Translations under genes and position numbers: made by a program
Origin: a candidate division WWE3 bacterium RAAC2_WWE3_1
Lineage (GTDB): Bacteria; Patescibacteriota; WWE3; UBA101185; UBA10185
Reading direction: 5' to 3'
Assembly (NCBI GenBank): GCA_000503835.1
Contig: CP006914.1
Coordinates: forward strand, 465,680 to 529,679
Length of the DNA stretch: 64,000 nt
Part shown: positions 37,017 through 45,120 of the stretch, piece by piece
Layout: every line of letters begins with the position of its first letter
How positions within the stretch are numbered: position 1 is the stretch's first letter
Notes under the pieces: model-generated
Seen by the model: only the letters and a program-made list of their open reading frames with translations
The model's database searches: none
What the model was told of the DNA's origin: nothing

Positions 37017-37253
37017 TCATCTGTACATACAACGATCCACTGTATCTTTGAGGTCTTTTATGGAGTGTTTTTGCGGAAGGTTATTTTTACACCTGTCGCA
37101 ATTCCTCCAACTGGGACAGCCTAAACAATTGTCGACCTCGATAGCGTCCGAAAGCGAAACTTGCCACAGAGCCATTCCTCTCGGGTAGTTTCGTGCGGAA
37201 ACTTTCGTACCACTCACACTACCTATACTTGGATCACCGCCCTTACTGTTCAT
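37017..37253 (-). CDS. Small hypothetical protein with CxxC-x5-CxxC
   Basis: AAAAGGAGAG RBS, CLGCPSWRNCDRC, long hairpin downstream at about 36948-36998. Confidence 0.55.
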   Translation of the reverse strand: MNSKGGDPSIGSVSGTKVSARNYPRGMALWQVSLSDAIEVDNCLGCPSWRNCDRCKNNLPQKHSIKDLKDTVDRCMYR

Positions 37254-37322
37254 TACGTCTCTCCTTTTAAGAACTGAACGGATGAAAAAAGGTATTAGGG
37301 CAATTCTATAACGTGGTTTGAG

Positions 37323-37361
37323 GTTTTGTAAACAGCAGGTTGTGGGTTTAATCCCCCACCT
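37323..37361 (+). repeat. Degenerate copy of the 3' half of tRNA-Thr(TGT) (att-like)
   Basis: GTTTTGTAAACAGCAGGTTGTGGGTT is identical (26 bp) to 38251-38276, then continues imperfectly to CCCCACCT. Confidence 0.85.
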
Positions 37362-37508
37362 GGGTTGAAGTTCAGCGCAATGGATTTTATCTTGGGCACG
37401 GACGGTATATACTACTTCCTAGAGAACAATCCGACAGGTTCGTGGATTTTTGTTCAAAATGGAGGTGGGCACTCTGTAGCCCAAGAAATTGCTAAGCTTC
37501 TAAGTTAA
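37362..37508 (+). pseudogene. C-terminal fragment of an ATP-grasp ligase (RimK/MvdC-MvdD-like)
   Basis: Manual translation GLKFSAMDFILGTDGIYYFLENNPTGSWIFVQ...EIAKLLS*, matching the D-x-I...YFLE-x-NP-x-G-x-W ATP-grasp ending. The frame is closed by a stop just upstream (37329). Confidence 0.7.
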
Positions 37509-37571
37509 CAGCAAGGCCTGCATAATGCATGAAATTTGCACTACTTGCAGGCCTCTTTTAAATAAACTTGT

Positions 37572-38090
37572 ATGAGAATCAAAATAGTCAATTTCCTTCT
37601 TTTGTTGCTATTTAAAGTGGATCAAAAAGTCAGATACCGCGGAAAGTACGGTGTCTTACCTGTCAAAATTACAGACGTTATTACCACAAACATTCTGAAG
37701 TTTTTACTTGGCGTTCTCGGGACGGATTTTATTTGTAAATTAGGTGAGTCGGGTGTTAATCGGTTCATAACACTATCCTGCCACTCGAGAGACCTAAAAT
37801 TCATCGAAAGCATTTGCGAATCCGACGAAATATTAAAAAGTACACCAGACAGAGAAAAAGTCGCCATATTAATTGATAATGCTCTCGTACGCGGCGGGAA
37901 AAAACAACGTTTCGGTGAAATTATGCAGATTCACAAGAACATTGATGGTAAGAGCGTATCCGAACCACTTCCCCTTCAAGATCCTAAGAACGTGAATAGA
38001 ATCAGAGCTGATTTCGGCCTTTCCCAAACCTTAGAAGAACACATAAAATGGGCGAACGAGCAATTTGAAAATATGAAAGTACCGGATTAA
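37572..38090 (+). CDS. DUF6624-like protein, possibly degenerate
   Basis: AILIDNALVRGGKKQRFG...PLQDPKNVNRIRADFGL resembles the DUF6624 C-terminus. Confidence 0.55.
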   Translation: MRIKIVNFLLLLLFKVDQKVRYRGKYGVLPVKITDVITTNILKFLLGVLGTDFICKLGESGVNRFITLSCHSRDLKFIESICESDEILKSTPDREKVAILIDNALVRGGKKQRFGEIMQIHKNIDGKSVSEPLPLQDPKNVNRIRADFGLSQTLEEHIKWANEQFENMKVPD

Positions 38091-38169
38091 ATCTAACCCC
38101 CTCATTCAACTGCTTATGCTTTAAAAACTATTGTGTTAAAATCGACTAGATTCACTTTTAAATAGCCGG

Positions 38170-38230
38170 GTCTTTGGCTCGCTTCGTTCGCCAAAGTCAG
38201 TAGTCTTTGGCTCGCTTCGTTCGCCAAAGT
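38170..38230 (+). repeat. 28-bp tandem direct repeat overlapping the 5' end of tRNA-Thr
   Basis: GTCTTTGGCTCGCTTCGTTCGCCAAAGT at 38170-38197 and 38203-38230. Confidence 0.92.
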
Positions 38231-38297
38231 AGCTCAATGGTAGAGCAGCTGTTTTGTAAACAGCAGGTTGTGGGTTCGATCCCCACCTTTGGCTCCA
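38223..38297 (+). tRNA. tRNA-Thr(TGT)
   Basis: GCCAAAG/CTTTGGC acceptor, GCTGT-TTTGTAA-ACAGC anticodon arm, GTTCGA, encoded CCA. Confidence 0.95.
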
Positions 38298-38358
38298 TTT
38301 AAGTTTTTCCCCTGTTTGTGCTAAAATCCCCCTAAACCTATAGAAAAAGGAGAGAAAA

Positions 38359-38640
38359 ATGACCCTAAGAATAGCGGTACCAAAGGATAAGCCGACGGTA
38401 GAAGTAAGAGCGTTCAGCACTGTTCAGGAAGCTGAAGACTTCGTCCAGACACCCTCGGATCAGCTACCGCGCAATCACGTGTGGTATATAAGATACGCAA
38501 ATACTGTGGAGGAACTTAAAAAACATTTTCAGGAGTTTTCGGACATGGATTTATACTTCAACTTCGTGCTTAAACGAGGCAACGAACTCGAGTATACCCG
38601 CCAGGCTACAAGGGCAAGAAAATACCTGGAAAACGGCTAG
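38359..38640 (+). CDS. Hypothetical protein (paralog of the next gene)
   Basis: AAAAGGAGAG RBS; motifs shared with the 38734 ORF. Confidence 0.7.
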   Translation: MTLRIAVPKDKPTVEVRAFSTVQEAEDFVQTPSDQLPRNHVWYIRYANTVEELKKHFQEFSDMDLYFNFVLKRGNELEYTRQATRARKYLENG

Positions 38641-38733
38641 CCGAAACCACAAAGGACAAAAACTTTGGTTTTTGTACCCCTTGCCAAATTAAACACTCGG
38701 TACAATCCAGAAACGACTGAAAGGAGGCAGGAG

Positions 38734-39051
38734 ATGAAGAAAAAAGTGCGTAAACCACGGGTTCAACGAACTTTTGGATATGCTGCTCTCGGCGTTGAGA
38801 TACATTTGTACAAAGACGCAACAAAGGCGGGGGCAGCCCTTTTGGTAACAGACCTTAATACGATTAAAGGAAATAAAACCGAATTTGGTCTGGTAGCGGT
38901 CAGGCTCGCTAACAATCTTGACGAGCTGAAAAAAATTACGGAGGCAGTTTCTGCCGCTCGGTTAGTTGCAAATTACGCACTAATGTTCGGAACAAGGCTG
39001 ATAGAGCGGACACCGAGCCTCAAAAAAGCCGAAAAATACTTGGAGGGTTAG
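38734..39051 (+). CDS. Hypothetical protein (paralog of the previous gene)
   Basis: AAGGAGG/CAGGAG SD before MKKKV; terminator at 39074-39114. Confidence 0.7.
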   Translation: MKKKVRKPRVQRTFGYAALGVEIHLYKDATKAGAALLVTDLNTIKGNKTEFGLVAVRLANNLDELKKITEAVSAARLVANYALMFGTRLIERTPSLKKAEKYLEG

Positions 39052-39073
39052 GGTCTTGTGACAAATTCATACA

Positions 39074-39114
39074 GGGGATCTTTACATTAAAACTAAAGGT
39101 CCCCCTCTTTTTTT
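39074..39114 (+). terminator. Intrinsic terminator
   Basis: GGGGATCTTTA...TAAAGGTCCCC followed by a T-run. Confidence 0.7.
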
Positions 39115-39153
39115 CTTCACACGACAGGGAGAAAATGTTAATATTTCAAATGC

Positions 39154-39239
39154 GCCGAGGTACCAAAGTGGCCAACTGGAGCTGACTGTAAATCAGCTGG
39201 CATATGCCTACGGGGGTTCGAATCCCTCCCTCGGCACCA
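39154..39239 (+). tRNA. tRNA-Tyr(GTA)
   Basis: GCCGAGG/CCTCGGC acceptor, CTGTAAA loop, long variable arm, GTTCGAATC, ACCA. Confidence 0.95.
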
Positions 39240-39242
39240 TAC

Positions 39243-40466
39243 TTAACTATCCAAGAATTTGTGGAGCTCGTTCAATTTTCCGTACTTTAAAGCCTCATAG
39301 ATAGTGGCTGTGGACACCAATTTCATGGGGTCGAGACCGAAACGTTTAATCTGTCCGGGCGTTAGTGTTCCCGCCCTGCTTAGAACACCCTCATTGGTCA
39401 GACCGTAGGTTTTCAGCTCCTCCTGTGAGTCTTTCAAAGCCTGCGCAGGGGCAAATCTCTTGGCTCCCCAGTTGCACCATAAACATACCTTATCTTTTGC
39501 TTCACCAAAAATATATTCCTGAATTTTCAAAACACCCGGCTCAGGAACCAGCCGTTCGGAGTCCTTCCCGTAATAAAAAGGGCACATATACCTGTCCGGA
39601 GGCATGGCGTGAAGCATGGAGCCGGCTGATCCGAAAAATGTCGTCCTTACGCCCATCATGGCCGCCCTAATCGATATAACGGCGGCGCCGGAAAGACTGC
39701 AAATAGGCGCGAAAACCACAAAATGTTTCAAACAATGGGAACCGTCGTTCCTGACTTTTAAACTCTTTTCATACGCCTCCATCGCCATAACAATCTGCAA
39801 CCCACCTGCTATGGCGTCGCACAAACAAACATACTCGCACTTGGCGTCAATTCCCTCATCTCTCAGATTACAAGCCACTGCTACCCTACCGTACGGGTTT
39901 TCAGGGTTGTCATCCCTCTGGTGACGTATATGAAGTTGGGTTGAAACAACGGTCTTTCCTGTTAAAAAATATATGGCGTCCTGCAAATTTACCTTAGGAT
40001 CACTAATTAAATTGGTGACTGCCATGTGCTTTTCCAGATGTCCGTCGGCCTCGGTTAAAATTCCTCTAAATTCAGCTGTCTGAACCAAGTATTCCGTCAG
40101 GGTTGCGAGATCCATTTGGGCCGGTATTCCGAGATCCAGCCTGGACGGCAAGAAGCTTATTCCATCCGGCTTTACAGTCCATCTTCCAACCGAAAGAGCC
40201 AGTCCCTCCTCGGTAGCCAGGGATACTATTCGAGGGTTCAAAACATTTTCCGGCCAATCAGCATAAATTTCGCGGAGATCCATTTCGCCTGTTAATACCT
40301 TGCGGTTACCCCTATTAACTGTATAGTCCGGCGACTTCAACAAATTTATCTGTTCGAATTTCTCCTCCTTTAAGGTGCTTTTTACTAAACCGGGAAGTAA
40401 GTCTTCTTTGGGGGTCACCATCTCTTCCGCTATCTCAAAAAATTTCGATGTTTCCCGGTATTTCAT
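39243..40466 (-). CDS. Divergent phosphoribosyltransferase-fold (UPRT-like) protein
   Basis: HIRHQRDD (compare UPRT HIGLYRDE), VCLCDAIAGG (PRPP-loop-like), FAPICSLSGA. Confidence 0.5.
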   Translation of the reverse strand: MKYRETSKFFEIAEEMVTPKEDLLPGLVKSTLKEEKFEQINLLKSPDYTVNRGNRKVLTGEMDLREIYADWPENVLNPRIVSLATEEGLALSVGRWTVKPDGISFLPSRLDLGIPAQMDLATLTEYLVQTAEFRGILTEADGHLEKHMAVTNLISDPKVNLQDAIYFLTGKTVVSTQLHIRHQRDDNPENPYGRVAVACNLRDEGIDAKCEYVCLCDAIAGGLQIVMAMEAYEKSLKVRNDGSHCLKHFVVFAPICSLSGAAVISIRAAMMGVRTTFFGSAGSMLHAMPPDRYMCPFYYGKDSERLVPEPGVLKIQEYIFGEAKDKVCLWCNWGAKRFAPAQALKDSQEELKTYGLTNEGVLSRAGTLTPGQIKRFGLDPMKLVSTATIYEALKYGKLNELHKFLDS

Positions 40467-40688
40467 CTCAATTTTCTCCCTTAAAAATGGGAAAGAGCCT
40501 TGCGGCCCTTAGTTCATTTGTATTTAAATTTATGTCCCAGCGTTTTTCCATCCTCTGGGATTTAAGTCTAGTCTCTGACGACGGAGTGTGTCAATGGAAA
40601 ATTTTTTTGGCACTCTAGCGACTATCCTTTCGGGAAAAAGAGTGATTGTCTACCAAGTTCGAATAGGCTAAAATGACCAAGATAATAT

Positions 40689-40763
40689 GCCTGGGTAGTT
40701 CAGTGGTAGAACGCTTCCATGGTAAGGAAGAAGTCGAGAGTTCGACTCTCTCCCCAGGCTCCA
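40689..40763 (+). tRNA. tRNA-Thr(GGT)
   Basis: GCCTGGG/CCCAGGC acceptor, CTTCC-ATGGTAA-GGAAG, GTTCGA, CCA. Confidence 0.95.
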
Positions 40764-40773
40764 GAAATTTCAT

Positions 40774-40847
40774 AGGCTCGTAGTGAAATGGCATCACTTC
40801 CCTCTCCAAAAGGGACATTCCGGGTTCAAATCCTGGCGAGCCTGCCA
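40774..40847 (+). tRNA. tRNA-Trp(CCA)
   Basis: AGGCTCG/CGAGCCT acceptor, G discriminator, TCCCT-CTCCAAA-AGGGA anticodon arm, GTTCAAATC, CCA. Confidence 0.93.
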
Positions 40848-40893
40848 AACAAAGCTAATTGCAAAGCGAATCTCTTTGTTTAATAATCATGTA

Positions 40894-41373
40894 ATGAAGA
40901 AGATTATTGTTACTGTCGTCGTAGTCGGCGCAGTCGGCATTCTAGCTATTGGAATTTTGGGATATAAAGCTGATAAGGATTTCTTTCTCCCACCCGGATG
41001 TCGAAAAAGTCTTTTCTTAGGAGGTTGTTTTTCGACCAACGTAACCAAAGAATTACGCTACACGAATGTTCCAAGCTGTCTAGAGGTATCCAATAATGAT
41101 TGCACGTACGCGAGTATTCAACTTTATAATACCTGCGAAGGAAAAGTAACTGTTGAAGGTAACGAAATAGGTCCAAACTACAATTATCTGGTTTTTACCC
41201 TAAATCCAGATGGGAAACCACAGCTTATCAATACTAAAGACAGAAATCTTCCAAAAAATCCTGAAAACGATGAAAAGATTGTTCTTACGGGTTCATACAA
41301 CAATAAAAACTTTGAAATATCTTATACAAGAACCAGATCTTTATGTGATCAAAAGGGCGCAACAGTTAAATAG
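40894..41373 (+). CDS. Hypothetical membrane-anchored/secreted Cys-containing protein
   Basis: MKKIIVTVVVVG signal/TM and six Cys. The longer ORF from 40783 overlaps tRNA-Trp. Confidence 0.7.
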   Translation: MKKIIVTVVVVGAVGILAIGILGYKADKDFFLPPGCRKSLFLGGCFSTNVTKELRYTNVPSCLEVSNNDCTYASIQLYNTCEGKVTVEGNEIGPNYNYLVFTLNPDGKPQLINTKDRNLPKNPENDEKIVLTGSYNNKNFEISYTRTRSLCDQKGATVK

Positions 41374-41716
41374 AATTTGTAACGTTATAAATAGGCACAA
41401 TTACACCGAGTACAGATACGGCGACAAAGTAACCTGATAAGGTTAATAAAAGCACTAAAGCAATTACACCCAGGTTAAACAGAGTGTTTGTGGGTTTCAT
41501 TAACAACTTAACCCCTACAATAATTACAACTAAAAAAATAAGTAAAAATATCACTGAAAAAACCGAAGAATATTGAGTGTATATCGGTAATTCAGCATCC
41601 ATTTCCTGGTATAGACTGAGCATTTTCGGGTAAACAGTTAACAAAAGAGCTATCTGCGTCAAAGCATATAAGGAAGCAAAAAATATATCCAAAATTCCTA
41701 CGACCTTATATTTCAT
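41366..41716 (-). CDS. Small membrane protein resembling the C-terminal segment of the pilus platform protein PilC/GspF
   Basis: Three TM; VYPKMLSLYQEMDAELPIYTQ resembles PilC VxPxFxxxFxxxGxxLPxxT, and it ends IVPIYN. Confidence 0.5.
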   Translation of the reverse strand: MKYKVVGILDIFFASLYALTQIALLLTVYPKMLSLYQEMDAELPIYTQYSSVFSVIFLLIFLVVIIVGVKLLMKPTNTLFNLGVIALVLLLTLSGYFVAVSVLGVIVPIYNVTNSI

Positions 41717-41842
41717 ACACAAATGATAGCACTAAGAATACGCTCTAATACAACCCGACACCCTTTCTGAACACGTACGTTGACTTTGCCTCGAAACAAA
41801 ACTAGAATCGCTAAAATAGACACTAGAGAAAAGGAGAGAAAA

Positions 41843-42115
41843 ATGATTAAGCGTGATCCCCAGATTGAAAAGGAAATTGAAGAACGCACTGCATCACGGA
41901 AAAACTTTACCCTAGATAATGCGCAGTATGAACTTCTTCGCCAGCGTGGCGGCACCAAAGAAGAAGTGGAAAAATTTGAGAAAAGCTTGTCCAGGGAAAT
42001 CTCGTACAGGTGCAACAAAAATCCCTTGTTTATGCCTGAAGTGTGGGTAGCCTACCGCATAAAAGGTCTCAAACCCCATGAGATTGAATATGATTGGGTT
42101 TATGCCTTCCGCTAA
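41843..42115 (+). CDS. Hypothetical protein (ORFan)
   Basis: AAAAGGAGAGAAAAATG RBS, terminator at 42129-42165. Confidence 0.65.
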   Translation: MIKRDPQIEKEIEERTASRKNFTLDNAQYELLRQRGGTKEEVEKFEKSLSREISYRCNKNPLFMPEVWVAYRIKGLKPHEIEYDWVYAFR

Positions 42116-42230
42116 AACTGTCCGATAAAACCTCTTTCTTGTATATACGGAAAGAGGTTCTTTTTGTTATTTCAAAAAACCGGACAGCTTAAGTGTAGCC
42201 GCCCGGTTAATTTATTTGAGATTATAATTC

Positions 42231-42740
42231 TTAGTTTTCCTCGCCACGAAGCCTTCTAAGCCTCGACTCTAAGGTAGTTTCGTCACTGGCGCTGAGTGTA
42301 AACTTTTCAGGATTGTAGTTATTCCAAGAAGAGTTAAACGTGCCATTAATTTTCAGATTCCCGTCATCGTTGGATGTACCCTTACCAATTTCATTACCGT
42401 CATATTTCAACGTGTATTCCTTATTGGCTGCCAGGTTGTGCCCGTGGAACTTAACCATATCCTTCTTGTGTTTTACTAACAACATTCCCCAGGCGTCATC
42501 ATCGTAATCGTAGCGTGCGTCCGAATCGGTAGAAGTACCATCGGGGTACATATAAGCTTTAGTAACAGGTTTTTCTTTGGCGTTCTTGGCTGCAAGTTTC
42601 GCCTCCATTTTTTCTTCCTTACTCATGTGCCCGTAGGCCTTACCGTTTGATCCGGGGTTCTGAGGTTTTGCAGCAAAAGCCACCGATGTAAGCACAACTA
42701 CAGCTACTGCAATTGCAATAATGTTTTTCAATCTATTCAC
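42231..42740 (-). CDS. Hypothetical secreted protein
   Basis: Signal peptide ending AFA; GAAAGGCG before the GTG start. Confidence 0.7.
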   Translation of the reverse strand: MNRLKNIIAIAVAVVVLTSVAFAAKPQNPGSNGKAYGHMSKEEKMEAKLAAKNAKEKPVTKAYMYPDGTSTDSDARYDYDDDAWGMLLVKHKKDMVKFHGHNLAANKEYTLKYDGNEIGKGTSNDDGNLKINGTFNSSWNNYNPEKFTLSASDETTLESRLRRLRGEEN

Positions 42741-42927
42741 CGCCTTTCATGGAAAAATCAACACAAACAGACATTAATATATAAGGTTTGGGGCGTGGGT
42801 GTTTTAATAAATTTCGTAAGTTTTTCATTTTTGTACGTTCAAAAACATGCAAAGAAAAACTTTTTGAAGACACCGCATTATACCAAAACTGACCTGATGA
42901 TTCAATTTTCCGTGGGTAAAACTCTTT

Positions 42928-45120
42928 TTATTCGTATCGTAATGCGTCCAACGCAGATATTTTTGTGGCTCTTCTTGATGGATAAATTCCCGTTACAAGA
43001 CCAACCGTTAACGAAAGGAAAAATATTAGTAGTAAAAATACCGGAGGTATGTACGTAATATCTATAAAGCCCGCGCCCTTTATTAGCCCCATTATCGACA
43101 GGATCAAACTAATAAACTTGCCGCAAATAAAACCCAAAAACATTCCGATAACGCCCCCCATAAATCCCATAAGTATCGACTCGGTTAGGAACAATCTCTT
43201 TACTTCGTCAGTAGTCATGCCCATAGCCTTCATCAACCCAACTTCTCTTGTCCTTTCCAACAAAGACACCGTAAGGGTGTTAAACATGCCCAGAGAGGCT
43301 ACACCTAAAGCAACACCGCCCAACAAACCCAAAATCAGTCTGATTGTAGAAAACAGCTGATTAATCTGAGCCACAGTGTCTACAACAGAGCTGGTAAGAA
43401 ATCCTCCGGACTCCACTCTTTTCCTCACTTCGGCAAGTTTTTCAGCCGCGGTTGCGATGATTTTGACCTGCGAAAAATTTGTAACACCAAGGTATCTCAG
43501 ATCGTTCAAAGGTACGTAGAAAAACGGTGAGTCATCGCCCGGTATTATTCCGACAATCTTGTATTCAGTAAACTCACTTTCGACTTTTTTATTAGAGTCC
43601 AGCAGATTGCCTGTCAACACAAATGACACGTTAAATTTACTACCTACAGAATTAGGTTCATGAAAGCCCAGAACCTTTAAAAAGGCGGTGTTTACTACTG
43701 CTTCCCTCTGCGCCGCATCGGGCAAAACAACTTTGGTGTTCTGACTTAATCCGGCTGACGCAGAAGACTCGTACACTTTCGCGATATAGTCTTCGTCTGA
43801 CAATTGTTCCAGACCAGAAGCGTTCACAGGTGACGATTGCCCGGTGGTATTTAATACCGCACTGTCTCCCGGAGCAGAATCCCCCAGGACCGTACGGACA
43901 TCCTCTATTCCCAATACCCCTTCTTCAGAAACTAAGAAGTTTGATACGACCTTGTTAACCATTATTTCAAGTTCCGGTGTGTATCCTATGGCATACATCT
44001 GCCCCCCGGACTCGTCAAAAGTAGGATAATATCTTCCTTCCTCACAAAGTGGCTCGTGTAGGGGACAATTTTTCTGCTCCCAAACCGGAACCATTGCTTT
44101 GATCCATTTTCCCATCCACTCACCGGAACCACTCTGTGCAATTCTCCCGTACTCTGCGGGAACATACTCTTGACCCCAATATTCTTCGCCATATTGGACG
44201 CCGACCATTCTTTTTGTGTACCCTATAACCTTTGAGGATAGTTTGGGCTCCGAGTATACCCTAAGCCACGAATTTGGAAATATTGTGTACTCAATATCCC
44301 CTATTCTATCTCCAATATAGGATTGAGTTTTTACCGCCATAACTCCGGAAACATCACCTCCAACAACATATTCAGGAGCGCCACCTATATTTTCTTCACT
44401 CTCAACACCCTTTTCTTCAATACTATGGGTATTTATAGAGACCGTGTCTTCGGTTTTAAAAAGTACCCCATCAATAGGTTTAATAGCAGAATTTTCCAAG
44501 TATTTTGTGGTCACTCCATAAACCGCTACGTCTGTGACTGACCCCTCAAATTTAACTTTGGCTGCTACTCCGACGAGGGGAAGAGCTGCCTCGACGTAAT
44601 CCTGACTCTTGAAATCTTCAAGTGATTTATCCGTAATTTTGTTTCTGCTCCCCGGCTGCGTAGAAACGTCGACCTGTTTCATCTCATCAAGTTTGGCCAC
44701 CCTTGTTATTACCAAATTCTGTACACCATAGCCGAGAGATACCAAAAACACGATGGCAGCAATACCCAAAGCCATCCCACCCACGGTAATAATAGAACGT
44801 GTCTTTTTGAAGGCCATGTTTCTAAAAGCAAGATCGAACAAGTCGAACCAGCTCATTCTGGATGCGAACTGTGTATCATATTTTTGGGCTATACGCGCAA
44901 TAGCAACATTAAATCTCATTATCGTAAATCTGATCATGTTCGGAGTACGGTGCGAGCGAATTAAAAATACCGTGGGAATATTTAAGACATAAAGCGTAAA
45001 CATGAACATAAAGACAGCGTAAAATCTAAGGCCTTCCCAAAGCTTTAACAGAAAATAAGGTATTTTTCTAAAAAAGTTCGGGATATTCTTAATAAATTCA
45101 AAGATTTTATTTATTTTCAT
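42928..45120 (-). CDS. ABC transporter permease, MacB/FtsX/LolC family, with large extracellular insertion
   Basis: RSIITVGGMALGIAAIVFLVSLGYG, NTLTVSLLERTREVGLMKAMG, YPSRRATKISALDALRYE. Confidence 0.92.
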   Translation of the reverse strand: MKINKIFEFIKNIPNFFRKIPYFLLKLWEGLRFYAVFMFMFTLYVLNIPTVFLIRSHRTPNMIRFTIMRFNVAIARIAQKYDTQFASRMSWFDLFDLAFRNMAFKKTRSIITVGGMALGIAAIVFLVSLGYGVQNLVITRVAKLDEMKQVDVSTQPGSRNKITDKSLEDFKSQDYVEAALPLVGVAAKVKFEGSVTDVAVYGVTTKYLENSAIKPIDGVLFKTEDTVSINTHSIEEKGVESEENIGGAPEYVVGGDVSGVMAVKTQSYIGDRIGDIEYTIFPNSWLRVYSEPKLSSKVIGYTKRMVGVQYGEEYWGQEYVPAEYGRIAQSGSGEWMGKWIKAMVPVWEQKNCPLHEPLCEEGRYYPTFDESGGQMYAIGYTPELEIMVNKVVSNFLVSEEGVLGIEDVRTVLGDSAPGDSAVLNTTGQSSPVNASGLEQLSDEDYIAKVYESSASAGLSQNTKVVLPDAAQREAVVNTAFLKVLGFHEPNSVGSKFNVSFVLTGNLLDSNKKVESEFTEYKIVGIIPGDDSPFFYVPLNDLRYLGVTNFSQVKIIATAAEKLAEVRKRVESGGFLTSSVVDTVAQINQLFSTIRLILGLLGGVALGVASLGMFNTLTVSLLERTREVGLMKAMGMTTDEVKRLFLTESILMGFMGGVIGMFLGFICGKFISLILSIMGLIKGAGFIDITYIPPVFLLLIFFLSLTVGLVTGIYPSRRATKISALDALRYE

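Noticed and set aside
38136-38420. Minus-strand ORF with a repeated FGERSEPKT peptide
   Set aside because: It is the antisense reading of tRNA-Thr and the 28-bp repeats.
40774-40847. tRNA-Gly(TCC) reading, or UGA recoding as in some CPR lineages
   Set aside because: The 5-bp stem centres CCA in the loop (Trp), and TGA terminates conserved genes such as rpsR, rpsF, ychF, rpsB and frr, so code 11 applies.
37254-42230. Prophage or intact integrative element at the tRNA cluster
   Set aside because: No integrase, terminase, capsid or replication gene; only ORFans and remnants.
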